Assembly (NCBI GenBank): GCA_913061315.1 | Contig: CAJXUC010000002.1 | Coordinates: 15,820-79,819 of the forward strand | Direction of reading: 5' to 3' | Source of the DNA: an uncultured Gammaproteobacteria bacterium | Lineage (GTDB): Bacteria; Pseudomonadota; Gammaproteobacteria; GCA-001735895 | Length of the DNA: 64,000 nucleotides | Part shown: in pieces, positions 1-10,841 of the stretch | How the letters are laid out: each line of letters begins with the position of its first letter | Numbering within the stretch: position 1 is the first letter of the stretch | Program-made: the position numbers and the translations under genes | The notes under the pieces: model-generated | Told to the model about the DNA's origin: nothing | Seen by the model: only the letters and a program-made list of their open reading frames with translations | The model's database searches: none

Positions 1-1007
1 GTCGCAAGTGGAATTGCAAAGAAAACGCCCCAAATACCCCACAAGCTGCCAAAAAAAACTACCGCCACAATAATTGCAACAGGATGCAGGTTAACAACTT
101 CTGAGAATAATAGTGGAACGAGTAGATTGCCATCTAGAATTTGTATGACAGCATAAACAGCCATTAAATATCCAAATTCTGAACCACTCCCCCATTGAAA
201 AAAAGCAATCAGTATGACTGGAATAGTCACCACAGTAGCGCCAACATAGGGCACGATAACAGACAGCCCAACCAACAAACTGAGCAAAACAGCATAGTTA
301 AGGCCCATGATCGCAAAACCAATGTAGCTTACTAACCAAATGACTATTATTTCAATAAATTTGCCGCGAACATAGCTGGCAATCTTAATATCTAAATCAG
401 TCCATACTCGGTGGACTAACGTTCGCTCCTCTGGTAAAAATTGGCCAAGCCAAGCCAAAATCAAATATTTATCCTTGAGGAAGAAGAACACCATCAAAGG
501 CATTAGAATCAAATAAACGAAAAAAGTAATAACGCTGACCACTGAATCAAAGGAGACACTAACAACGCGAAGTCCGAACTCATTGAGCTCGTTGCGAATA
601 AACGCAAATATACCATTTACTTGCTGAACAGTAAGATAATCAGGATATCGCTCAGGTAAATCAGACAATAAATGCTGACCCTGACTAAACATATTCGGTA
701 ACTCTCGAATTAAATCACTCAATTGTCGGGATAAAAGAGGCAATAATACGAATAAAATCAACACAATTGCACTTAGAATAATGACGGTGACAAGGCTTGC
801 GGCTATCGTTCGATTTAAATTAATTTGGTCTAGTCGGGAAACCATGCCTTCAAACAAATAAGCGATGATTATACCTATCAAAATTGGCATCAAATGGGCA
901 TTCATGACCACAATGAGCAAGCTGCCAAAAATGAGGATGAATGCAAATATCACCGTCTGTGGATCGGTGAAGTAGCGGAGATACCACTGCTTAAGAACGC
1001 TAATCAT
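1..1007 (-). CDS. perM: AI-2E family transporter (PerM-like), runs off the window start
   Basis: Not in the ORF track. Manual translation from ATG at 1007 gives [17 protein letters not shown]...YVRGKFIEI...VPYVGA...[49 protein letters not shown], typical of AI-2E/PerM. Confidence 0.9.
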   Translation of the reverse strand, partial: [335 protein letters not shown]

Positions 1008-1010
1008 TGT

Positions 1011-1260
1011 CTAAGGTTTTCTATAGTAAGTTTGAAAACACAGTTCGAGCTCATCGATAACTGTCAGAGCGACTAACCCTTGTAAAATATGCTTCTTCAT
1101 TAATAGGTCTGTTGATTAAATTTAGAATGACAGGCACCAAGTCAACAATCGTCAGTTTTAATTGATGTGTTAGGAAACGGGCATAATCAATAATACTCTG
1201 TCGTTTTTCATTATTTAGTTGATACATTAAGTCATTTAGAATAGCAGAGTAGTCATCCAG
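1011..1260 (-). pseudogene. Probable internally deleted/frameshifted small conserved protein
   Basis: N-part LDDYSAILNDLMYQLNNEKRQSIIDYARFL...RPINE lies in one frame. C-part KHILQGLVALTVIDELELCFQTYYRKP* lies in another frame and ends 3 nt before the perM ATG. Confidence 0.55.
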
Positions 1261-1285
1261 CGAATCTATAAATTGCGTTGAAGGA

Positions 1286-2185
1286 TTATTTTCTGTTGCA
1301 GTAGGCATGAGCAAACTCCAGTAACTCTTCCATTACTGTGACACGAAACTTTTGTCGCTGGCGTACAAAAGAAAATGATCGACTCAAAGGTGGGTCAAGC
1401 GGCATAGCTACTAGTGTATTGAGCTTCAACTCTTTAGCAATGGTGGAACGTGAAATAATTGAGATACCCATCCCTGCTTCCACTGCACCTTTTAAGGCTT
1501 CAGGACTGCCAAGCTCAAGACAGATATTCATTTCCAGCGGATTAACGCCTTCGTTAATAAGGTATTGCAAAATAACTTCACGAGTGCCTGAACCCTCTTC
1601 CCGACTAACAAACGGATAGTGCTTAATATCTGCAGGCTTAACCTTTGAGCCACGCTTAACTAATTCATGGTCCGGCGCAGCTACAACCACCAAATCATCC
1701 TCAAGACACGTTTCAACAATCAGGTTTCTATTGGCGACAGGCGCTTCAACAACACCTAGGTCGATAATACTATCTTCAACCATAGACACTATACCGTCCG
1801 TATTTGAGACCTTTAATCGTAAATTTATTTCTGGATGTCGGGCTTTAAATTCTCCTAACAAGGCCGGCAACATATACTCAGCTATCGTTGTGCTCGCGCC
1901 TATTGTCAATGCGCCACTGATTTCCCCCGTCAACTCTCGCACAGAATTCTCCATTTCGGAGTAAAGGCCAAAAATCTTTTCGGCAAATTCCGTTACTTTT
2001 TCTCCTGTCGGTGTAAGAGTCACTTTATTATGAGCCCGGTCGAATAATCTCGTATTAAAGTCTTCCTCAAGTTGGCGCACCTGGAATGTGACGGCTGGCT
2101 GAGTCATATGCAATGACTCCGCCGCCTTAGTAAAGCTTAAGTGCTTTGCAACAGATTGGAAAACTTTAAGGCGTCGATCACTCAT
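1286..2185 (-). CDS. LysR-family transcriptional regulator (CysL-like)
   Basis: HTH SFTKAAESLHMTQPAVTFQVRQLE; effector domain GASTTIAEY and REEGSGTR. Confidence 0.92.
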   Translation of the reverse strand: MSDRRLKVFQSVAKHLSFTKAAESLHMTQPAVTFQVRQLEEDFNTRLFDRAHNKVTLTPTGEKVTEFAEKIFGLYSEMENSVRELTGEISGALTIGASTTIAEYMLPALLGEFKARHPEINLRLKVSNTDGIVSMVEDSIIDLGVVEAPVANRNLIVETCLEDDLVVVAAPDHELVKRGSKVKPADIKHYPFVSREEGSGTREVILQYLINEGVNPLEMNICLELGSPEALKGAVEAGMGISIISRSTIAKELKLNTLVAMPLDPPLSRSFSFVRQRQKFRVTVMEELLEFAHAYCNRK

Positions 2186-2420
2186 AGATCAATCTTCAGT
2201 ATAGTTGGTAGGGATATATTATATATTATTTTAATATGTCTCTACAGCAGTTATAAATTAAATTAATGAGCAACTTGCTAATCCATTGTTTTCTGAATAA
2301 ACCGTTTATTTGTGCTCACGCTACTTTATAATGACTTTAATTGTTGATAGCTGTTTTGATTATTTTAGGCCGTTATTTAACATAATTTTTTTCTTACCTA
2401 ACTTGCGTTTAATAAAACCT

Positions 2421-4145
2421 ATGAAAGCCTCCCGTTTCCACCTTGCTACTTTAAAAGAAACTCCTGTAGATGCTGAAATCGTTAGCCACCAACTCATGCT
2501 TCGGGCCGGACTTATACGCCGTATTGCATCTGGAATCTATAGTTGGATGCCATTAGGGTTAAGAGTTTTACGTAAAGTAGAAAATATAGTTCGCGAAGAA
2601 ATGAATAATGCAGGCGGTTTAGAAGTACTATTGCCATCTTGCCAACCTGCCGAATTGTGGCAAGAAACTGGTCGATGGGAACAATTTGGTCCCGAACTTT
2701 TAAGAATGAAGGACAGACATCAACGCGATTACTGTATTGGCCCAACCCATGAAGAGGTTATCGTTGATATATTTAGACGCGAGTTCAAAAGTTACAAGCA
2801 GTTACCGGTCAATTTCTATCAGATTCAAACCAAGTTTCGAGATGAAATTCGACCCAGATTTGGTGTCATGCGCTCGCGAGAATTCATAATGAAGGATGCT
2901 TACTCATTTCATCTCAACCAAGAGTCATTACAAAAAACTTACGAAGTCATGTATCAGGCATACAGCAACATATTTGACCGTTTTGGATTATCTTACCGAG
3001 CAGTCAAAGCTGACTCAGGTTCAATTGGCGGAAGCACATCACACGAATTTCATGTCTTAGCCGATTCAGGCGAAGACGCCATCGCCTTTTCTGATAAAAG
3101 CCAATATGCTGCCAACGTGGAAATGGCCGAAGCGTTACCGGGTGATCAAATACGAGCAGAGCCAAGTAAAGACATGGAGTCGATTGACACGCCTAATCTC
3201 CACACCATTGATGACCTTGCACAGGGACTAAAGTTAGATACCAAACAGTGCTTAAAAACTTTAATTGTTAGTGGTGACAAGGGTGGTCTAGTTGCCTTTG
3301 TAATCAGAGGCGACCACGACCTCAACCCATTAAAGGCAGAAAAATTGGAAGGAGTAGCAACCCCCTTTTTACTTGCTGAAAGAGAACAAATTAAAACAAT
3401 GCTAGGAAGCGACCTTGGTTCAATTGGCCCAATAGGCCTAAATATTTTAACTTATGTTGATCACAGTGCAGCTCTCGTGAGTGACTTTGTCTGTGGCGCA
3501 AACAGTAATGACAAGCACTACATAAACGCTAACTGGGGAAGAGATTGTGACGAACCAACTTCGGTTGATATCAGAAACGCGTTAGATGGAGATCCTAGCC
3601 CCGATGGCGAGGGTCATTTGAAGATTCTTCGAGGAATTGAGGTTGGGCATGTTTTTCAGTTAGGCGAAAAGTACAGCGAAGCCATGCAAGCCACTGTATT
3701 AGACGAAAACGGTAAGAATAAAGTCACATCAATGGGTTGTTATGGTATTGGTATTACTCGTGTTGTTGCCGCTGCAATTGAACAGAATAATGATGAAAAT
3801 GGTATCTTATGGCCCGATTCATTAGCACCATTTCAACTCGTTATCTGCCCACTCAATTACAACAAGTCAGATATGGTTAAACAGGCTGCTGATCAGTTGT
3901 ATCTAGATTGCCAAAAACTAGGCATTGAAGTGTTATTAGATGATCGTCCATTGCGTCCTGGTGTTATTTTTTCCGACATGGAGTTAATCGGAATACCACA
4001 CCGAGTGGTGCTTAGTGAACGTGGATTGAAATCTGAACAATTCGAGTATAAGGGCCGACGAGATAATGAGTCTCAGGACTTACCATTATATGAATTAACC
4101 GACTTCCTGACTAAGCTCTTCAACCCATCATCCCAATCGGCTTAA
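2421..4145 (+). CDS. proS: Proline--tRNA ligase
   Basis: [45 protein letters not shown]. Likely start is the ATG at 2421 (MKASRF). Confidence 0.98.
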   Translation: MKASRFHLATLKETPVDAEIVSHQLMLRAGLIRRIASGIYSWMPLGLRVLRKVENIVREEMNNAGGLEVLLPSCQPAELWQETGRWEQFGPELLRMKDRHQRDYCIGPTHEEVIVDIFRREFKSYKQLPVNFYQIQTKFRDEIRPRFGVMRSREFIMKDAYSFHLNQESLQKTYEVMYQAYSNIFDRFGLSYRAVKADSGSIGGSTSHEFHVLADSGEDAIAFSDKSQYAANVEMAEALPGDQIRAEPSKDMESIDTPNLHTIDDLAQGLKLDTKQCLKTLIVSGDKGGLVAFVIRGDHDLNPLKAEKLEGVATPFLLAEREQIKTMLGSDLGSIGPIGLNILTYVDHSAALVSDFVCGANSNDKHYINANWGRDCDEPTSVDIRNALDGDPSPDGEGHLKILRGIEVGHVFQLGEKYSEAMQATVLDENGKNKVTSMGCYGIGITRVVAAAIEQNNDENGILWPDSLAPFQLVICPLNYNKSDMVKQAADQLYLDCQKLGIEVLLDDRPLRPGVIFSDMELIGIPHRVVLSERGLKSEQFEYKGRRDNESQDLPLYELTDFLTKLFNPSSQSA

Positions 4146-4165
4146 AGACAATCTGTTGTCCAATC

Positions 4166-4717
4166 TTGCTGACAGCCATCCTGCTGTCAGCCCAGCCTGT
4201 TTACTCCCAAGCGGACAACCAGACTGGTAATAAACTTCAGGCACAATTACAAGAAGCTGTAATATCCAACCCAAGATTTCAGGATCGGTTTGACGCTGAA
4301 GTATGGCTACTCGACATGTCTAATCGATTAGCTCATTTTGTCAAAGACCCAGAAGCACGCGTGACTATATTGAAACTCGTTCACTCCGAAGCAACAAGGG
4401 CAAACATATCACCTGAACTGGTGTTAGCTCTGATAGAAGTTGAAAGCCACTTCGATGAATTTGCGATATCAGTTGCTGGCGCGCAGGGATTAATGCAAAT
4501 CATGCCGTTCTGGCTAGATGAAATGAATTTGACCGGTAAAAATTTATTTAACATTCAGACTAACTTGAGGATGGGTTGCACTATACTTAGCTACTACCTT
4601 AACATTGAGTCGGGCAATTTAACACGTGCCTTAGGCCGCTATAATGGCAGCTTAGGTCAATATACTTATCCTCAAAAAGTCACCCAAGCACTAAATAATA
4701 ATTGGTTTAAGCAATAA
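4166..4717 (+). CDS. Lytic transglycosylase (SLT domain)
   Basis: IEVESHF (catalytic Glu), GAQGLMQIMP, ALGRYNG. Confidence 0.9.
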   Translation: MLTAILLSAQPVYSQADNQTGNKLQAQLQEAVISNPRFQDRFDAEVWLLDMSNRLAHFVKDPEARVTILKLVHSEATRANISPELVLALIEVESHFDEFAISVAGAQGLMQIMPFWLDEMNLTGKNLFNIQTNLRMGCTILSYYLNIESGNLTRALGRYNGSLGQYTYPQKVTQALNNNWFKQ

Positions 4718-4735
4718 TAACATTCGTCATAACGG

Positions 4736-6496
4736 TCAGTTATCATCATGTCTTGTCGGTGCAACCTTCAAAACCTCTGCAATTGTTGTGACTCCTTTAG
4801 CTACTTTTTGCGCCCCAGCTAGATTTAACGGCCTCATTCCCTGTTTAATTGCTAAACGTCTAAAACTGTTAAGATCAAAGCCTTTAACAATTTCCTGTTT
4901 CAAGCGACCATTTATTGGCATCATTTCATAAATACCAACGCGGCCTCGAAAACCTGTTTGACGACACTCAAGACAGCCATCCGCATAAGATATAGATTCT
5001 GGTGCTGACGTAGTCCATGGATTTATCAATGTCTCCCACTCATGGGAATCAACCCCACTACTTTGCTTACAAAATGGGCATAGCGTTCGCACTAATCGTT
5101 GCGCCACTACGCCTATTAATGTTGCACTAATCAAATAGGGCGGTATGCCTATTTCAGTTAATCGAGCTATCGCGGAAGGTGCATCATTGGTGTGCAGCGT
5201 GGATAGCACTAGATGCCCTGTCAAAGCGGATTGAACCGCCATCTCAGCCGTTTCTCTATCACGTATTTCACCAATCATAATGATATCAGGATCTTGTCTG
5301 AGTAGTGTTTTAACGCAATTGGCAAAGTCTAAGCCAATATTGTGTTGTACTTGTATCTGATTAAAACTCGGCTCAACTACTTCTATCGGATCTTCGACAG
5401 AGCAAACGTTAACTTCTGATGTTGCCAGATGCTTTAAGCTGCTATACAAAGTCGTTGTTTTTCCTGAACCTGTCGGGCCAGTCACCAGAATAATGCCATG
5501 AGATTGTTTGATCATTTGATTCCACATCTCAGACTCTTTTTTCTCAAAGCCAAGCGCCGAAAAGTTTTGCACTAAAACGTCAGGATCGAAAATCCTTAGA
5601 ACTAATTTCTCACCAAAAACTGTCGGCATACTCGACAATCGAAGCTCTATTTCAACACCATCGGAAGACCGTGTCTTGATTCGGCCATCTTGAGGTTTAC
5701 GTTTTTCTGCAACATCAAGTCGGCCCATAATTTTAATTCGACTTATCACCGCAGGCGTAATATTCGCGGGAATTTCATATACTTGCTGCAAAACACCATC
5801 AATACGAAATCGAACATTTCCTTGTTCTCGCCTAGGCTCAATATGAATGTCACTGGCTCGCTGGTTAAATGCATATTGTAATAACCAATCAACAATGCTG
5901 ACAATATGTTGATCATCAGCGTCAACCGTTCCAAGCTCAATCAATTGCTCCAGGTTTTGAATGTTGCTTAGTCCCTGATGTTGATTAGCACCGGCATTAT
6001 CCATCGCCTTACTGAGGCTATAAAATTCAAGCAAATACTTTTTAATCTCTTTTGGATTGGCCACTACTAAAGTAATTGACTGGAATACGATTCGCCTCAA
6101 TTCATCAAGCCATTCGGTATTAAAAGGATCACTGACAGCAATTACAACCTCGCTTGGCGTTACCTTAACAGCAATAATTCCAAATCGAGAGGCATAGGCA
6201 TACGACATAATAGACGTGCAAGAAGCAATATCCATTTTTAGTGGGTCAAAATGATATCGAGTGACACTTGCCTGTTGGGAAAGCCATTCAGTTAAAAACT
6301 CAAGGGTTAGTATTTGATCCGGTTGGGACAGATGAATCCAGTGTCGGCTCGCTATTGATTCGAGAGGGTGCAAGTAAATACGGTCATTCTCAGACACCAA
6401 TGATGACACCATACTGGCCCTTTCAGGCGCTACAATCTTTTGACCGACCAGTAGCTCGAGAATATAATCTAAACTACATTCATTAGTTTTCTTCAT
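4736..6496 (-). CDS. GspE/PilB/PulE-family secretion/pilus ATPase
   Basis: RASDIHIEP, Walker A GPTGSGKTTT, EDPIE, LRQDPDIIMIGEIRD, LTGHLVLSTLH, CPFC...CLEC zinc motif. Confidence 0.93.
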   Translation of the reverse strand: MKKTNECSLDYILELLVGQKIVAPERASMVSSLVSENDRIYLHPLESIASRHWIHLSQPDQILTLEFLTEWLSQQASVTRYHFDPLKMDIASCTSIMSYAYASRFGIIAVKVTPSEVVIAVSDPFNTEWLDELRRIVFQSITLVVANPKEIKKYLLEFYSLSKAMDNAGANQHQGLSNIQNLEQLIELGTVDADDQHIVSIVDWLLQYAFNQRASDIHIEPRREQGNVRFRIDGVLQQVYEIPANITPAVISRIKIMGRLDVAEKRKPQDGRIKTRSSDGVEIELRLSSMPTVFGEKLVLRIFDPDVLVQNFSALGFEKKESEMWNQMIKQSHGIILVTGPTGSGKTTTLYSSLKHLATSEVNVCSVEDPIEVVEPSFNQIQVQHNIGLDFANCVKTLLRQDPDIIMIGEIRDRETAEMAVQSALTGHLVLSTLHTNDAPSAIARLTEIGIPPYLISATLIGVVAQRLVRTLCPFCKQSSGVDSHEWETLINPWTTSAPESISYADGCLECRQTGFRGRVGIYEMMPINGRLKQEIVKGFDLNSFRRLAIKQGMRPLNLAGAQKVAKGVTTIAEVLKVAPTRHDDN

Positions 6497-6632
6497 TAGG
6501 CCATTACATATTGAATTTCAAAAAATTAGCCTTAAGCTATTTAATTGCGTCAAAAGTTAAAAGGATTCTTACGACTACAGCATTAAATACTAGAACACTT
6601 TTTAAATAATGTAATTTCAAAAAGTAACAGAT

Positions 6633-6661
6633 AAAAAAAAGCCCGCTAGCGCGGGCTTTTT
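6633..6661 (-). terminator. Rho-independent terminator of the LysM lipoprotein gene (bidirectional shape)
   Basis: aaaaaaaaGCCCGC-tagc-GCGGGCttttt. Confidence 0.85.
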
Positions 6662-6682
6662 GTAAAAAGAACTAAAACTTTA

Positions 6683-7336
6683 TCATTGAGCAAGATAATC
6701 TAAATCTGAAGCTTCAGTTTGACCTATTGTCCAGGCACCACGATTCTTCGCATGAGCAATTGCAGCAGCACTGTCACCAGCCCTTGCTGTTGGTATATTA
6801 AAAGATTGTCCAGGAAAAATTAAGTCTGCATCTTTAATCTCACCCATATTAGCTTTATAGATTAATGGCCACTGATAAGGATTACCATATACAGCATCTT
6901 GTCCAGCTATATTCCAAAGGTTATCACCACTTTGCACTGAATAATTTCCCAAAGAGACAACCTTATCAGATGAAACTACAGCTTCAACTTTTTGATCGGC
7001 ATGAAATTTAGCAATAAATGTTTCAGCTTCAGTTTCAGCACGCTTTGCCAAGTTCATAGCACGAACATCGTTACAGTCTGCAGCAGCTTGTTCAGCTGCT
7101 TTGATCAATTTTACATTTTCGGCAGAATCAAATCCTAAATTTCTGGCACGTGCATTTTTAAGTTTAGCCGCATAAATCGCATTTTTTGCTTCTGGGCTTG
7201 CACCTTCACATTCTTTAACTTCAGCAACTGCTTCTGTCGGTTCGGTTGTTTTGGAACCGGAACTAGCGCAACCAACAGCAAAACCTGCGGTAAATACTGT
7301 TACGGCAACTATTTTTAATAATTCTTTTACTTTCAT
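6683..7336 (-). CDS. LysM peptidoglycan-binding lipoprotein
   Basis: Lipobox FAVGC; C-terminal LysM YSVQSGDNLWNIA...YGNPYQWPLIYKAN...DLIFPGQ. Confidence 0.9.
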   Translation of the reverse strand: MKVKELLKIVAVTVFTAGFAVGCASSGSKTTEPTEAVAEVKECEGASPEAKNAIYAAKLKNARARNLGFDSAENVKLIKAAEQAAADCNDVRAMNLAKRAETEAETFIAKFHADQKVEAVVSSDKVVSLGNYSVQSGDNLWNIAGQDAVYGNPYQWPLIYKANMGEIKDADLIFPGQSFNIPTARAGDSAAAIAHAKNRGAWTIGQTEASDLDYLAQ

Positions 7337-7585
7337 TTATTCAATTCTCCGGGAACCGTGTTTATCACGGTAGGTTTTGTTAAATCCACACACTGTTATC
7401 AATAGAGGTTACCTTGAACAAATTGGCAGAGCAAGCCCTTATATAAAAATTAATGCACTCCTACATTTGATTACTCCAAATCAAAAGCGATCTGAAGCGC
7501 TAACTAATGCTCTTTTTGCCCTCTTGCAAAGACATTTTTAATATTGTAAAACATTGCTTCTCACTTCAACCTTGAAGCACCTTAT

Positions 7586-7963
7586 ATGACTAGTCAGGAA
7601 TTAACAATTTATCATAACCCAAGTTGTAGTAAGTCGAGAGAAACCCTACAAATACTGGAGTACCACAAATTTTTACCTCGAATCATTGAGTACCTTGATA
7701 CGCCACCATCTGCATTAGAAATTAGTGAAATAGTAAAAAAATTGGGTTTGGCTCCTATCGATCTCTTACGAACAACTGAAAAAGCTTATATTGACGCGAA
7801 GTATCAAGCTGATCTAATGACTGACCAAGAAATTATTGAAGCAATTGTCAAACATCCTTCATTGTTGCAACGCCCTATCGTTATCTGTGGGAATAAAGCT
7901 ATAATTGGTAGACCACCAGCAACGGTAATGGATATAATTTCCACGAAGTTAGCGCAGACATAA
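7586..7963 (+). CDS. arsC: Arsenate reductase, glutaredoxin (ArsC/YfgD) family
   Basis: IYHNPSCSKSR, LLQRPIV, IGRPP. Confidence 0.88.
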   Translation: MTSQELTIYHNPSCSKSRETLQILEYHKFLPRIIEYLDTPPSALEISEIVKKLGLAPIDLLRTTEKAYIDAKYQADLMTDQEIIEAIVKHPSLLQRPIVICGNKAIIGRPPATVMDIISTKLAQT

Positions 7964-7998
7964 ATTAATGTCATTAATTTGTAAACAAATAGTAATAA

Positions 7999-8601
<603 letters not shown>

Positions 8602-8608
8602 GATCAAT

Positions 8609-8953
8609 ATGCCGCATCCACTTAAACTAATTTGTTTAATCTGCCTGCCAGGATTGCTGTTGACTCAGGCGAGTCTATTTCTAATTAAGGACGATCCTAT
8701 CAACCTATATTGGATATTAATTGTTACTTTGCCTTTGCTGTTACCCCTGAAAGGATTCTTTTTAGATGTACTTTACACTTATCGCTGGGCCGGTTTTCTA
8801 ACGCTGTTTTATTTTTGCATTGGTATTAGTGAGTTATTTTCGAGCCCAGAATTAAATACTTATGCTCTGCTGACTTCAGTTTTTAGCACATTTTTATTCT
8901 TAGCCAGTATTTATTACGCTCGATACCTAGCAATGGTGAAAAAACAACGTTAA
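8609..8953 (+). CDS. DUF2069-like membrane protein
   Basis: Four hydrophobic segments, PLLLPLKG...YTYRWAGF...LFYF; usual position after wrbA. Confidence 0.75.
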   Translation: MPHPLKLICLICLPGLLLTQASLFLIKDDPINLYWILIVTLPLLLPLKGFFLDVLYTYRWAGFLTLFYFCIGISELFSSPELNTYALLTSVFSTFLFLASIYYARYLAMVKKQR

Positions 8954-9690
8954 ATAACCGAAGACTTATAGTCACTTAAGGTTTCTTTAATGAAAGGCAC
9001 CGTTATTCTTTTTTTTGCCGATAAGGACATTTTATCCAACAGCCTTAAAATTTCCATTTGTGCAGACAATTGCCGAGAATAATGAGTCAGTAAATAAGTA
9101 ACGACTTCCTTTGATAAATCGATTCCAAGTAGCTCTGCCCGAAACTTTAGAACCTGCCCAACATCGGTATCAACCACTAATGGCAATTGCATCAATAACC
9201 CCCAACTCAATCGAGATTGAAGGTCGGCCAAGGTACAGTTGAGATACTGAGGATTAACTGAAACCGTAAACAGCAAAGTCATCTCACCCCGCTTACAAAC
9301 ATTGATTAAATGATAAAATTTTTGCTCCCATTGTCGATGTCCACAAATGGCATCAAGGTTGTCAATAAGAAGTATTTTACAATTAGAAAAATCATCGAAT
9401 TGTGCAGGGTCACAAGCAATTAATTGATAGCCATCATAAAACTCAAAATGACTGCCTTGCTGTCGAGCATAGGAAGCTGTTGCGTTAATTAGATGTGTTT
9501 TACCACTATCCTGCTCACCCCAGACACCTATCAATGATTCACCTACTTGATTAATCGATGCTTGCAGGCTACTAGTAAAAAAATCAGACTGCTCAGACAA
9601 GAAGTTATTAAAGCTAAACTGTTTATCAAATGTCAGGGGAAGCGCTATTTGTAGAGCGTTAATTGGATAAACCTCGACTGATAAAATCAT
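8950..9690 (-). CDS. hda: DnaA regulatory inactivator Hda
   Basis: Clamp-binding motif QIALPL, GEQDSGKTHL, LLIDNLD, DLQSRLSWG, KRITVPF. Start uncertain: ATG 9690 or ATT 9663. Confidence 0.9.
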   Translation of the reverse strand: MILSVEVYPINALQIALPLTFDKQFSFNNFLSEQSDFFTSSLQASINQVGESLIGVWGEQDSGKTHLINATASYARQQGSHFEFYDGYQLIACDPAQFDDFSNCKILLIDNLDAICGHRQWEQKFYHLINVCKRGEMTLLFTVSVNPQYLNCTLADLQSRLSWGLLMQLPLVVDTDVGQVLKFRAELLGIDLSKEVVTYLLTHYSRQLSAQMEILRLLDKMSLSAKKRITVPFIKETLSDYKSSVI

Positions 9691-10759
9691 AGTTAATGAC
9701 AGCAGCACCATTCGATTGCAAATCGACTTGGGGTAAGCCTTGCTGTTCAAGTACATTTCCAATGTTGATGAGCTTTTGAAGATCTTCAACAGTGTTTCTT
9801 AGCTTCAAATAGAAAGTTACTTCCTTTTTAGAAATTAATGCGACCCGCACAGACTCCACCACATTGAGAGATCCAAGATATTTTTGTACCAATATTAAAG
9901 GGCTAATACCCTGCATGGATGACACTCTTAACAGGAGTTCTTGCTCATTACGCTGGTGATATTCTAAAGCATATTCAAGTGCTAGAACACTGGCGAGATG
10001 AGCAATCAATTGATCTAAGATATCCTTCTGATTAGACGCACTATGACGCCACTCAAAAATTTGATCCGCAAAACGAACTTCCCATGCCCCCTGCCAATGC
10101 TCTGGATCAAGCTCGACTATTTCTCCGACAACTACAGCATCAGGCCAGTATCTAGTCGCCATATTATTTATTACATTAAAATCCCGCTTAGTAACATCGG
10201 AGGCATCCACTAGACTAATATCCTCCAAATCCATTAACGGTAACAACGTTGGCACGCCCATTTTTAAAGCGGCGTCATCTAGCAGTTCGACCATTTTAGG
10301 CGCACTGTCACCCGTTACAATATGAATTGTTTCACCAGACTGACTATTAATGACAAGCAAACTGCTGGGCCGCTCTCGCCCCCAAATCGGGAAATTATAT
10401 TTACGGAGCAGCTGTTCGATTAATTGTTGGTCAAAATTGACTTTTAAATACAGTATTTTAGTTGCGCCTCCCTCATCATTAATCCCAGGTCGACTCTCGT
10501 AACTAAATTGTTTGACGAAACGCGAACTTTTTTTCGCCAACCTCAAAATAGCTGGACTTTTTTGAGCCTCATCTGAACCACTCACCTTGATTAGCACTAA
10601 ATCAAATGCAGCCTCAAATGCCTCAAGGCGCAAATCTGCCGTCTGATCAGACACCATCAGTGCAACGGTATACAAGTCATCAATTACGACAGCTTTAACA
10701 GTTTGCACCGGTGAAAAACCCAACAACGCAACTAACAACCAAAAAAACTTAAATTTCAT
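9659..10759 (-). CDS. DUF2066 family exported protein
   Basis: Signal peptide, DLYTV, LIKVSG, PIWGRERP, LPLMDLED; conserved position between purM and hda. Confidence 0.8.
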   Translation of the reverse strand: MKFKFFWLLVALLGFSPVQTVKAVVIDDLYTVALMVSDQTADLRLEAFEAAFDLVLIKVSGSDEAQKSPAILRLAKKSSRFVKQFSYESRPGINDEGGATKILYLKVNFDQQLIEQLLRKYNFPIWGRERPSSLLVINSQSGETIHIVTGDSAPKMVELLDDAALKMGVPTLLPLMDLEDISLVDASDVTKRDFNVINNMATRYWPDAVVVGEIVELDPEHWQGAWEVRFADQIFEWRHSASNQKDILDQLIAHLASVLALEYALEYHQRNEQELLLRVSSMQGISPLILVQKYLGSLNVVESVRVALISKKEVTFYLKLRNTVEDLQKLINIGNVLEQQGLPQVDLQSNGAAVINYDFISRGLSN

Positions 10760-10841
10760 GCTTTCTCTCGAGCATAACTCGGACATTTATTTTCAAGGCG
10801 TGTAAAATAACACACCCCAAATATTTCCTGAACTAGAAACC

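Noticed and set aside
2209-2236. AT-rich sequence resembling the XerD arm of dif
   Set aside because: Only TATATTATtTTAA matches; no XerC arm (GGTGCGCATAA-like). More likely the promoter region of the divergent LysR/proS pair.
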